Below, piece after piece: positions 56,268 to 64,000 of a stretch of 64,000 nt of DNA (the first letter of the stretch is position 1; every line of letters begins with the position of its first letter). Under the pieces are notes generated by a model. The model ran no database searches. It was not told the DNA's origin and was given only the letters and a program-made list of their open reading frames with translations. Made by a program: the position numbers and the translations under genes. Origin of the DNA: Shigella phage ChubbyThor; sequence record OL615013; one strand, 5' to 3'.

Positions 56268-56933
56268 TCAGATTCCGTGGGCTTGTATTAGCTCACGGAG
56301 TCTCTGTTTTGAATATGTTGTATCCTCATCCGGCACCACAGCATTCGTCTTCCTGAGCAGGAAAGCCTCAGAGTTCCAGTAGATGTCCTCCCGCAGCTGG
56401 GTGTCATACAGGTGGATGAACCCCACTATCTTGTTCAGACCAACCAGGAACCACATCGGGAACCGCTTGGTGATGATGTCTGTCAGCAGCGCCGGGTGCC
56501 CCTGGCCTGTACCCTTCACATAATCAATGAACGATAGGTTGCGCTCTTTGATGGCCGGGATCATCTCCCTCTCGAACTCCTCAAGGAAGTTGTATGTGAA
56601 GTTGTCGTACAGCTTGCGATATTCATCATAATTCGATTGCGCCTGGCGGGTAAGCAATGTTGTCACCCAGGTCTTCGGTGATTTGATGAAGTTGGCGATG
56701 ATGTAGTTCTCTACCACTTCACCCTGGGATGTTTCGAACCGACGAGCCAGGCGAGCAAACTGTTTGCACACGGCTTCCTTCGCCAAGAAGGTTTCGAACT
56801 TGTAGTTCATCGGTCCATACAAACTGTAGTCGAAGTCCTTGGTGGTGAAGTGCAACTTAATCGCCATGAAGACACAATACACGTTGAACGCCCGTTCAAA
56901 CTGCATTTTTTCCCAATCGGTATACTCACGCAT
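56268..56933 (-). CDS. hypothetical protein (possibly helicase-loader gp59-like)
   Basis: 221 aa; size and loose similarity to T4 gp59; low confidence on function. Confidence 0.4.
   Translation of the reverse strand: MREYTDWEKMQFERAFNVYCVFMAIKLHFTTKDFDYSLYGPMNYKFETFLAKEAVCKQFARLARRFETSQGEVVENYIIANFIKSPKTWVTTLLTRQAQSNYDEYRKLYDNFTYNFLEEFEREMIPAIKERNLSFIDYVKGTGQGHPALLTDIITKRFPMWFLVGLNKIVGFIHLYDTQLREDIYWNSEAFLLRKTNAVVPDEDTTYSKQRLRELIQAHGI
56275..56298 (+). terminator. hairpin between convergent genes
   Basis: CCGTGGGC-ttgtatta-GCTCACGG; lies in 3' end of minus-strand ORF. Confidence 0.3.
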
Positions 56934-57621
56934 TTTTCATTTCCTCGAAAAACTTAACCCAATTCTCATCATTGTACGGCACCCATCCTTTTTGAAATCT
57001 TTGTATGCAACTTTTGGCGGTCATTTCGGCGCGATCTACCCCCAATTCCTTGGCCATCGTTACATTTCGACATATGCCCAACCTGGCACCATCGGCTACC
57101 CACCAATCATAGAATACTCCTGCCAAAGCCCAATATTTGCGGGTATGCTTCGCATTTGGACTCTCCCAAGGCTTTGAATGGATTTGTTTTAATTTGGAAC
57201 GTTGTGAATCTGATTTGGGTCTGTCCATCAGCGAATCGGAAATTTTCGATCTGTGTTCGCGGGATAACGCCACCCCCTTGAATCTTTCACTGCATTTTCG
57301 TTTAAACTCTGGAGTGCTGTTGGCTGCCTTCATCCTTTCCCATTTTCTGAGAGCAAACTCTTCATATTGGCGTGAAGTTTGTGATTTTGATCTATTTCTC
57401 ATCAAAGAAAAGATTTTCACGTATGCAGGGGACATACTGAATATCTTGGCCAAAAGTTTGTGAACTATGAAATGCTCCCGAGCAGTTAGAACAGCAATAT
57501 TCTCCGCAGTATCACTCCCTCCCAAGCTCCTGGGTTCTCTATGGTGTCTTTCTGAATACCCAATCAGATTGCGAGAATAAGACCTTTCAAGGATAGAAAA
57601 CAACGCTCGGGTGTAGTTCAT
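56926..57621 (-). CDS. HNH homing endonuclease (paralog of 39512..40342)
   Basis: 231 aa; SERHHREPRSLGGSDTAENIAVLTAREHFIVHKLL; C-terminal CIQRFQKGWVPYNDENWVKF matches CISKFQKGWIPKEDPAWLKF in the other HNH. Confidence 0.7.
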   Translation of the reverse strand: MNYTRALFSILERSYSRNLIGYSERHHREPRSLGGSDTAENIAVLTAREHFIVHKLLAKIFSMSPAYVKIFSLMRNRSKSQTSRQYEEFALRKWERMKAANSTPEFKRKCSERFKGVALSREHRSKISDSLMDRPKSDSQRSKLKQIHSKPWESPNAKHTRKYWALAGVFYDWWVADGARLGICRNVTMAKELGVDRAEMTAKSCIQRFQKGWVPYNDENWVKFFEEMKNA

Positions 57622-57956
57622 TTGCGCTTCCTCTTATTTCGCCCAGCTTCTACATCATTTAGTTTCAGCCAGTTGGTCTCCTTGACGTCAGAAGACCCCC
57701 AGCCCTGGGATTCATGGTGTTTGATGTATTTCATCAACTCTGGCATGAGGTCCAGTTCGTGAATAAACCGCAACACCAGCATGAACCGCTTGAAGGAAAC
57801 AGGAATCTGTCGATACCCCATAGTCCAATGGTTCACCACGTTAGAGCAAGACAGCACCCTTGTCAATGCGCTCTGGTTCATCCCCATCATCTTCAAGAAT
57901 TTCAATAGGAACAGAGAGTCATTATTTTCCTTGACTTCTCGAAGTTTTGAAATCAT
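57618..57956 (-). CDS. hypothetical protein
   Basis: 112-aa ORF. Confidence 0.4.
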   Translation of the reverse strand: MISKLREVKENNDSLFLLKFLKMMGMNQSALTRVLSCSNVVNHWTMGYRQIPVSFKRFMLVLRFIHELDLMPELMKYIKHHESQGWGSSDVKETNWLKLNDVEAGRNKRKRK

Positions 57957-58179
57957 GATATTTGTCCGCTAATGTCTTGTAATGTTTGTCAGGATTATAC
58001 TCCTGTTTGGAATAGTGAAGAGTAAGGGAAGCGCTCAGACCGAGGATCATCACGGCGATGAGAACCCTGTGGTTCTTGATGTCGGGAATAGCTATCCACA
58101 CCAGCACCATTACAAGCGAGCTGACAACCAGGGACAGCAAGAACGTTAATGTAAACACCAATGCGAATAGCTCGTCCAT
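57922..58179 (-). CDS. small membrane protein
   Basis: 85 aa, two hydrophobic helices. Confidence 0.35.
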   Translation of the reverse strand: MDELFALVFTLTFLLSLVVSSLVMVLVWIAIPDIKNHRVLIAVMILGLSASLTLHYSKQEYNPDKHYKTLADKYHDFKTSRSQGK

Positions 58180-58180
58180 A

Positions 58181-58414
58181 TTACACCTCTTTGTGATTCT
58201 TCATCTTGCGAACAGTGCCCACAAATCCAAGATCCTTCCCACAGTGGGTGCAGATAGCATGGCAAGCACGGTTCTCGCGGTAGGTGCTGTGCTTACAGCG
58301 CCATTGCCTGAAAGCCGAACGGATAACCGGAATCATGCCGATACAGAAGAGGACCAGGAACACAATACCGGATATCTGAAGTTCAACCAAGAACTTCGCC
58401 CACCAGAAACTCAT
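58181..58414 (-). CDS. small membrane / Cys4 zinc-finger protein
   Basis: ORF track 58181..58531 overlaps ligase by 113 nt; internal ATG 58414 with GGGTGAG SD gives 77 aa. Confidence 0.35.
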   Translation of the reverse strand: MSFWWAKFLVELQISGIVFLVLFCIGMIPVIRSAFRQWRCKHSTYRENRACHAICTHCGKDLGFVGTVRKMKNHKEV

Positions 58415-58418
58415 ATAC

Positions 58419-59849
58419 TCACCCATTATCCGACTCCAACAGGAACACGATGTTTTCGATGTATGCTTTTTGAATCGCATAGACTTCATCCAGCGTGTTG
58501 GCCACTTTCTTGTCAATACGGATTTCCGCAAGGCGTGGCAGGAACAATGACTTCAGCGCATCATCTGTCTTATCCTGTACGCCATTGGAGAGCACTGCGG
58601 CAATCTTGCCAATGTAGTCGCCCTGGTTCTCCCACATCCGGAGCCTCAGCTCATCTGAGATCCCTGAGACGCCAACAACAAGCAAGCCATCGGAAGTCTT
58701 ACACAGCAGGGAGCCAAAGGTCTTGGCGTGTTTGCCCTTCTTGTCGGCTTCGTTGAAACCAACAATTTCAAGGTCACACTCCACTTCCATCTTCAGCTTC
58801 AGACCTTCGGAAGAAGTCCCATCTTCCCACGGCATGTCGGCGGCCTTACAGATCGTGCCTTCTTCTTTACGAGCCAGCGCGTCTTTGAAGTGGTCGACAG
58901 CTTCGGCAAATGAGTGAACAACACGGGTTTCCTGAACCTGAACCAGCCCATCTTCTCCGTGGAACATTTGCATGATCATGTCGAAGCGGGTTTCATACGG
59001 TAGGTCTATGCGCTCGGCGTTGAACCATTTCTCATAAGGCACGACATCCCACACCCGATAGATCACCTGATAACGATCTTCCAGGGGTTCGCCAGTCTGA
59101 ATCACACTGTTGAGTTTGCCGTTACCGACAGCGCGAGGTAGGATAGAATTCGACTTGAGGTCAACAACGAGTAGTTCGCCATGGAACACGCTCTCACCAA
59201 TCCCCGTATCATAGATAATGTCCTTGAACACCAGTGACAGATTGTCAACCGAACCGCCTGCGATAAGGGAACCGGAGCGAGAGCGTATCTCAGGCTCTTT
59301 GTTGTAACGACAGATGATGTTGGCGAACATACCGTCTGACTTCAGCTGGCTGTAGACGCCGCGCTTGAAGTCCATCTTCTTCAGCAGGTCAATCGTCATG
59401 TTGTCATAACGATGATATGGAAGGATGTTGATCAGGCGGCCTGTACCCCCAGCTGCGTTGAATGCAGCGTTGATGCCCTTTTCAGCAATACCCGCCTTGA
59501 TATCACGGTCCAGGATCATCTGGATGAGTTCGTGGTATTGGGGATCCATCTTCAGGGCAACAGAGGCCAACAGGGCATCAGCCTTTTGACCACCGACAAG
59601 GCGCTGCGCCATCTGGTCGAGGACGTCATAGACTTCGCTGATGTCATCAGTCTTCTCACGGACGAGCATGCGAGGATACGCGCTGAGCTTCAACTCAGTC
59701 CGATAGAACGACGTCATTGGGTCATAGACATACTGCAGGAAGTCTACCAAGTCTGGGTTGTTCTTGAATGCTTCGGTCAGCACAGCTTTCTTCGCATTGC
59801 TGCCTTTGGTTTCGCGAAGTCGGTGAACTGTTTCGAGGATAGGGATCAT
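58419..59849 (-). CDS. ATP-dependent DNA ligase (T4 gp30-like)
   Basis: 476 aa; adenylation motif I LKSDGMFANI (KxDG). Confidence 0.85.
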   Translation of the reverse strand: MIPILETVHRLRETKGSNAKKAVLTEAFKNNPDLVDFLQYVYDPMTSFYRTELKLSAYPRMLVREKTDDISEVYDVLDQMAQRLVGGQKADALLASVALKMDPQYHELIQMILDRDIKAGIAEKGINAAFNAAGGTGRLINILPYHRYDNMTIDLLKKMDFKRGVYSQLKSDGMFANIICRYNKEPEIRSRSGSLIAGGSVDNLSLVFKDIIYDTGIGESVFHGELLVVDLKSNSILPRAVGNGKLNSVIQTGEPLEDRYQVIYRVWDVVPYEKWFNAERIDLPYETRFDMIMQMFHGEDGLVQVQETRVVHSFAEAVDHFKDALARKEEGTICKAADMPWEDGTSSEGLKLKMEVECDLEIVGFNEADKKGKHAKTFGSLLCKTSDGLLVVGVSGISDELRLRMWENQGDYIGKIAAVLSNGVQDKTDDALKSLFLPRLAEIRIDKKVANTLDEVYAIQKAYIENIVFLLESDNG

Positions 59850-59962
59850 GTGGTGTCTCCAGGGTTATATGTGCTGCTATTATAACCCTGGCGACTTCAA
59901 TAGATTATTGGCGGGTGCGGGATCTTGCCTGGCTGACGATGAGGTCAGTATGTAGTCCTCAG

Positions 59963-60304
59963 TTATTTCTTCGGGGGTTTAATGGAGGTGAAAGAATCCT
60001 TCCAACTCTTGAATTGTTCAACCAGAGCATCTTTACCCAGCTCGCCATTTGACACGCTGTGAACGTAGGCGAATGCTCCATAGCCGGATCCTGGCATAGC
60101 CTTGCAGATGCGCAGACTGACCAAAGACTCGCCCACAGAAACAAGGTAATGGTCGCGGCGATTGTTCATGGCATAGTGGTTGTCGTGAAACTTGTCGATA
60201 ACAACACAGTTCTGAGGTTCGACGTCAATCGGTAGCCCGTTGGCTTCGGATCCACCGCGCCCAAGCACGCAGCCTGGGAATAATGTTTCTACGAGTGTGG
60301 TCAT
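59963..60304 (-). CDS. hypothetical protein
   Basis: 113-aa ORF. Confidence 0.4.
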   Translation of the reverse strand: MTTLVETLFPGCVLGRGGSEANGLPIDVEPQNCVVIDKFHDNHYAMNNRRDHYLVSVGESLVSLRICKAMPGSGYGAFAYVHSVSNGELGKDALVEQFKSWKDSFTSIKPPKK

Positions 60305-60358
60305 GGTCTGTTCCTTCTGTAAGTTCCCATGTATTATATGGGTGAATCGTTTAATGAA

Positions 60359-60709
60359 TTATTTGTTATGAAATCCCAGAGCCTTGCGGACTTCTTCACG
60401 GTGTTTCTGCTCTTTCTGAGCCTCTGTGCGATTAATCCGGCGCTTGTGGTGTCGGACAAGGGCTCTGTGCACAGCCTTGGCTTCATGGTGAGGCAGGCAA
60501 TCTGTGTTATAACCAATATCGACCGTGTAGCCCGAACAGCTGTTGACCGTGTAAGCATACACTTTGACGCCGTTATAGATCACAGCATCGATCCCAACCA
60601 GTCGCTCTCCGTTCCATTCAACGTCATCGGCGTCAATGGCATCGATTAGACAACGGATTTCGGCGCTTAGTGGTGGTATACAGAACAACCAGTTGATAAA
60701 CTTGATCAT
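60359..60709 (-). CDS. hypothetical protein
   Basis: 116-aa ORF. Confidence 0.4.
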   Translation of the reverse strand: MIKFINWLFCIPPLSAEIRCLIDAIDADDVEWNGERLVGIDAVIYNGVKVYAYTVNSCSGYTVDIGYNTDCLPHHEAKAVHRALVRHHKRRINRTEAQKEQKHREEVRKALGFHNK

Positions 60710-60710
60710 G

Positions 60711-60926
60711 TCACTTCCTCATCAGTGAGAGCAGGTTGACCACAGCCGGACGCGCATCAGGGGCGTAGAAGACGTCCTGAGAGTGCCTCTTACAGCACGG
60801 GCAATCCTTCGTGGCGATTACACAGGGAGCCTTGTCCACGGCAAATCCGGCGGCTTCGGCTTCCTTCACGGTGGTGAATGGCAGGTAAGCACTTGTGCCC
60901 TGCCCTCCGCATGAACATTCCATCAA
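60711..60926 (-). CDS. small Cys-rich protein
   Basis: 71 aa; CSCGG...CPCCKRH. Confidence 0.35.
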   Translation of the reverse strand: MMECSCGGQGTSAYLPFTTVKEAEAAGFAVDKAPCVIATKDCPCCKRHSQDVFYAPDARPAVVNLLSLMRK

Positions 60927-61039
60927 CGTTTCCTCTTAAAGGGGATGATCAGAGCTATGATGACAAGCATAGCTGTAATCACCCCGCATGCTATCAGACC
61001 AAAGGCGAACGACTTCAGAACAAACTCAATCAAATTCAT
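60925..61039 (-). CDS. small membrane peptide (38 aa)
   Basis: ATG with GAGGAAG SD; stop overlaps next start (TGATG); hydrophobic; below ORF-track cut-off. Confidence 0.3.
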
Positions 61040-62241
61040 AACTTCCTCAATTTGGCTCTGGTGACCTGAGTTTGTTTAACGCCATTATACTCGGTCAGTT
61101 CTTTGACACGACCGCGGATGATCATATCGCCCTGCAGGAACTCGGTATCCATGTACGAGGTCTTCCAGGTAATTGTATTACCTTCTGCTGTTTTGAAAGT
61201 GAACAGGTAGCTGTCGCCGTATTCATTAGAGAAGAGGAAGGTACGCTTGTCAAACGTGACGCGGACTTCCAGCATTTCACCGACTTCTGCTACCCACTTG
61301 TTCTCCGTCTTGCGGTCGGTGCGAGGACGATGGATGTAATCGTAATATTTCTTGGCACCCCAACGGACTGTGTTATTGTCCTTGATGAGGTGGTAGCCCG
61401 GTTCGCACATGCGTTTCAGACGAACGTTGAACTCGTTGGATTCAGACAGCGCGCTGATGAAGAGCATCATGTGGTACATTTCTGACTCGGCATCTTCGCG
61501 ATATTCACGAGCCTTAATCAGAAACATCTCGGCATCAGAACCCGCCTTTGGCTTCTGCCCAGCACGCAGGTAGCCCAGCACCTGGTCAAACAGTTCTGAT
61601 TTGATGTCCACTCCGGCCAGCAGCACCTGGAAGCATGCACGCAAATAACCGTGGGTGTCCACGAAGCGTTCATTCCGGACGCGATAGATCCCCTCTGGGT
61701 CGTCTTCATCCGGCATGAAGAATTCGGTGATACCCAGATAGTAGGACATAATCGCATCAAGCGATTTCTGATGCGGTACGTAGTGATGCATGCAGGTGCT
61801 ACCAATCAGCATCTGGGTGTGGGTCTGCTCATTCTCAATCACATATGTGTTCTTGCGATTGATGAGCAGATTGCAGTGCTGGCACCAAGAAACGTTCTCC
61901 CCCTCGAAGCGGCGGATGAAGTCGGCATTGATGTTGTCAGACAGTTTGTTCAGGATGACCTTTGGGTATTCGTGATTGAACTGACCGATAATCTTCCATC
62001 CGCCGTAAGAAACCGGGCGGTCAATGCCTTCTCCTTCGAGGGTGACGGGTTTCCACCAGTGAGTGAGAATCTCACCAGTGATGTCACGGGTGTGGGTCTT
62101 GAAGGGTTCACCATAAGTCACAGTCGGGAACGGGACACCCAGCCTTTCGGCAGTGCGCTCGAGCTTCTTCAGCCGCTCAACGACCAGTTCTTCATTGTCG
62201 ATCGGAATGTTGAATGTTTTGGCGTTCATTTCCAGCCTCAT
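61036..62241 (-). CDS. hypothetical protein (401 aa)
   Basis: Large ORF in replication module; Cys/His cluster WCQHCN...CMHHY; no Walker A or TOPRIM recognised. Confidence 0.45.
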   Translation of the reverse strand: MRLEMNAKTFNIPIDNEELVVERLKKLERTAERLGVPFPTVTYGEPFKTHTRDITGEILTHWWKPVTLEGEGIDRPVSYGGWKIIGQFNHEYPKVILNKLSDNINADFIRRFEGENVSWCQHCNLLINRKNTYVIENEQTHTQMLIGSTCMHHYVPHQKSLDAIMSYYLGITEFFMPDEDDPEGIYRVRNERFVDTHGYLRACFQVLLAGVDIKSELFDQVLGYLRAGQKPKAGSDAEMFLIKAREYREDAESEMYHMMLFISALSESNEFNVRLKRMCEPGYHLIKDNNTVRWGAKKYYDYIHRPRTDRKTENKWVAEVGEMLEVRVTFDKRTFLFSNEYGDSYLFTFKTAEGNTITWKTSYMDTEFLQGDMIIRGRVKELTEYNGVKQTQVTRAKLRKL

Positions 62242-62312
62242 GATTTAGTAACAACTCTTCAATAGAGATTAAATATTAGGCGCTTTATTCTTGAAAGTAA
62301 AGTTATTGAAAT

Positions 62313-62340
62313 TAAAAAGCCCAGTACTTGACTGGGCTTC
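62313..62340 (-). terminator. intrinsic terminator (minus strand)
   Basis: AGCCCAGT-ACTTG-ACTGGGCT; on minus strand followed by TTTTTAATTTC. Confidence 0.5.
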
Positions 62341-62356
62341 TTGGTATTCGGTCCGT

Positions 62357-62677
62357 TTATTCTTCAGCAGAATCAACGTTCGGGTCGCGATCCGGTTTAG
62401 CGTTCGGGAACAAGGATTCATAAAGATCCTGATACTTCTCGCTCGTTTCGATCGTTTTCTGGTAGGTGCCGTTCGCGCGGTCAGACACAACCTTACGCAG
62501 GTCGCTGGCCTTAATGCCCGTGTCTTTCGCCAGCTCGGCCAGAGTCTCAGTAATGAAAGTCTGTTCCGATTTGATGCGGACCTGGGCGGCGCGGCAGTTT
62601 TCAATCGCGCCCATCAGCTTGCGGCGAGACTCAGGATCAGACGGTAGTGCATAAAAGCCGATTTGTTCTACAGACAT
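62357..62677 (-). CDS. hypothetical protein
   Basis: 106-aa ORF. Confidence 0.4.
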   Translation of the reverse strand: MSVEQIGFYALPSDPESRRKLMGAIENCRAAQVRIKSEQTFITETLAELAKDTGIKASDLRKVVSDRANGTYQKTIETSEKYQDLYESLFPNAKPDRDPNVDSAEE

Positions 62678-62692
62678 TTGTTGTTCCTCTTG

Positions 62693-63049
62693 TTAAGATC
62701 TCATGCCTTGTGGGATCAGATTAGCCCCACGGCGGCGTAAAAAGAAGTTTACGATGGAGTGATATTGGAACTTCGGGATGATCTCTACACCGTCTTCCGT
62801 CGTATACCATTCCACTGTGTTGGTGCGCACTGGAAGGGGGAATGACGGCAGATCCAGCTGTACGAGTTCACCCTCTTGGCAGATCATGCCGATGCCATAT
62901 TCCTCCCAGATTTTACGATTGTCAAAGAACTCCAGAGTCTGCTCCGGACTCAGTTCAATCGCTTGTTTGGTGTGGCACACCTGTTTGGCGGCCTGCACCA
63001 GGCCAGCCATAAAATCATTGTGTAACATGATGTGCTCCTGGTTTAACAT
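62693..63049 (-). CDS. hypothetical protein
   Basis: 118-aa ORF. Confidence 0.4.
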   Translation of the reverse strand: MLNQEHIMLHNDFMAGLVQAAKQVCHTKQAIELSPEQTLEFFDNRKIWEEYGIGMICQEGELVQLDLPSFPLPVRTNTVEWYTTEDGVEIIPKFQYHSIVNFFLRRRGANLIPQGMRS

Positions 63050-63090
63050 TCAGATCATAGAATTATACCCTATGACCCACGGTATTGAAT

Positions 63091-64000
63091 TTAGCCGAAA
63101 TTCCAATTATTGACTGTTTGGGCTTTCTGCTCATCGCTCGCCGCCGAACCTGACTTGTTGAGGTCATGTTTGATGTGTACATTCTCAACATATTTGGCCT
63201 CAGCCTCAGTCAGGTCCTTCTTAACTTCATTCCAGTCCAGGTCAAACAGGATCTGTTTGTCTTGGTCCATACCAAACAGGAATGACTTGAGCTTCTGCTT
63301 GTTGGCATAACGGTTCTTGAGTATTGAGGCTCGGGCTTTCTTGACCGCCGCCAGTTCGTCAGGAGCATAGAATGCCATGATGAAGTCGGCCACCTTCGGG
63401 ATACCGATAGCATCTGCCAGATCACTGATTCCACCATCCGTGCTATTCTGATTCTCACGGTTGAACTGCATACCAGTCCATACAGGGACATCAAACTCAA
63501 ATCCCAGCGCACGAAACTCACGAGCCACAGACGTGTAATAGACGTTCGTGTTCTGCATCAGGTGGGCGGGCAGGCGCGAGGAAGCGGCTTCACCAAGATA
63601 GTCAATAACGATAACATCAGGAGCGCGACCTGTCGCCTGGATATACTCAAGGATGTCGCGGCGGAATAAACCTGTGTGTCCAGCGCCGGACGGATATTCC
63701 TTGATGACGATATCACCCTTGGGCGCACCATCTTGGCGACTGCGGAGCTTCTCTATCGTGGCGATGTACTCGTGCCTTGTGAGTTTCTCTAAAGACTCAA
63801 AGTCGCGACGCATGATACGGGCATCAAGACGGTGTCGCCAGACGTTCTCGGCCACTTCGAGGGTGAAGACAAAGACGTTCAGCCCCTGCTCCGAGTACCC
63901 TGCGGTCAGGTCAATCAGCGTTGTGGTCTTACCTGCGTTGATCGCGCCTGTTACGATGTTCAGTGTCTTCTTACCAACGCCGCCGCGCGTCGCCTTGTTG
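63091..64000 (-). CDS. DnaB-like replicative helicase (T4 gp41-like), partial: N-terminus beyond window
   Basis: Reading frame stays open to position 64000; Walker A VTGAINAGKTTTLIDL and DnaB motif H2-like IVIDYLGEA. Confidence 0.6.
   Translation of the reverse strand, partial: NKATRGGVGKKTLNIVTGAINAGKTTTLIDLTAGYSEQGLNVFVFTLEVAENVWRHRLDARIMRRDFESLEKLTRHEYIATIEKLRSRQDGAPKGDIVIKEYPSGAGHTGLFRRDILEYIQATGRAPDVIVIDYLGEAASSRLPAHLMQNTNVYYTSVAREFRALGFEFDVPVWTGMQFNRENQNSTDGGISDLADAIGIPKVADFIMAFYAPDELAAVKKARASILKNRYANKQKLKSFLFGMDQDKQILFDLDWNEVKKDLTEAEAKYVENVHIKHDLNKSGSAASDEQKAQTVNNWNFG

Noticed and set aside
58181-58531. Full-length ORF-track call overlapping the ligase gene by 113 nt
   Set aside because: Such a long overlap is implausible; the internal ATG at 58414 has a proper SD and removes the overlap.
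61036-62241. UvsX recombinase or gp61 primase
   Set aside because: Size is compatible but no Walker A/B (UvsX) or zinc-ribbon plus TOPRIM EGxxD (primase) motifs found.
1-64000. CRISPR array, integrase/attachment sites, transposase-bounded element, rRNA
   Set aside because: No spaced direct-repeat array, tyrosine/serine recombinase motifs or rRNA-like sequence seen; gene content is that of a virulent phage.

Overview
This window reads as a ~64 kb slice of a large virulent myovirus genome with a T4-like replication and nucleotide-metabolism core, plausibly a ViI-like (Ackermannviridae-type) phage. Core genes recognised by motif: family B DNA polymerase, topoisomerase II large and medium subunits, rIIA/rIIB, ATP-dependent DNA ligase, DnaB-like helicase (partial) and dCMP deaminase. 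Late structural genes flank the core: two beta-helix tailspikes, a repeat-containing tail fibre and baseplate proteins on the minus strand (1-9007), and tube/baseplate/tape-measure-like proteins on the plus strand (51390-56267). A ~3.6 kb ORF-poor block (about 9960-13640) carries a tRNA cluster (Asn, Tyr, Ser, an Ile-like element) and about 2 kb of hairpin-dense sequence without a credible ORF. Accessory content includes a fold-type II PLP enzyme and a P-loop kinase (candidate DNA pyrimidine hypermodification), NADAR-like and macro-domain proteins (ADP-ribose processing, candidate anti-DarT), a PP-loop ATPase with a metallophosphoesterase, MazG-like and HAD nucleotide hydrolases, strongly acidic proteins, and three free-standing homing endonucleases (one GIY-YIG, two paralogous HNH). 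A recurrent regulatory architecture is visible: CTAAATAcCcc/TATAAATA-type late-promoter boxes whose C-rich tail forms the 5' arm of an inverted repeat that pairs with the Shine-Dalgarno of the downstream gene. All calls come from reading the sequence and the ORF track by eye; no database search, tRNA scan or folding program was run, and coordinates of RNA and regulatory elements are approximate (+/- a few nt).
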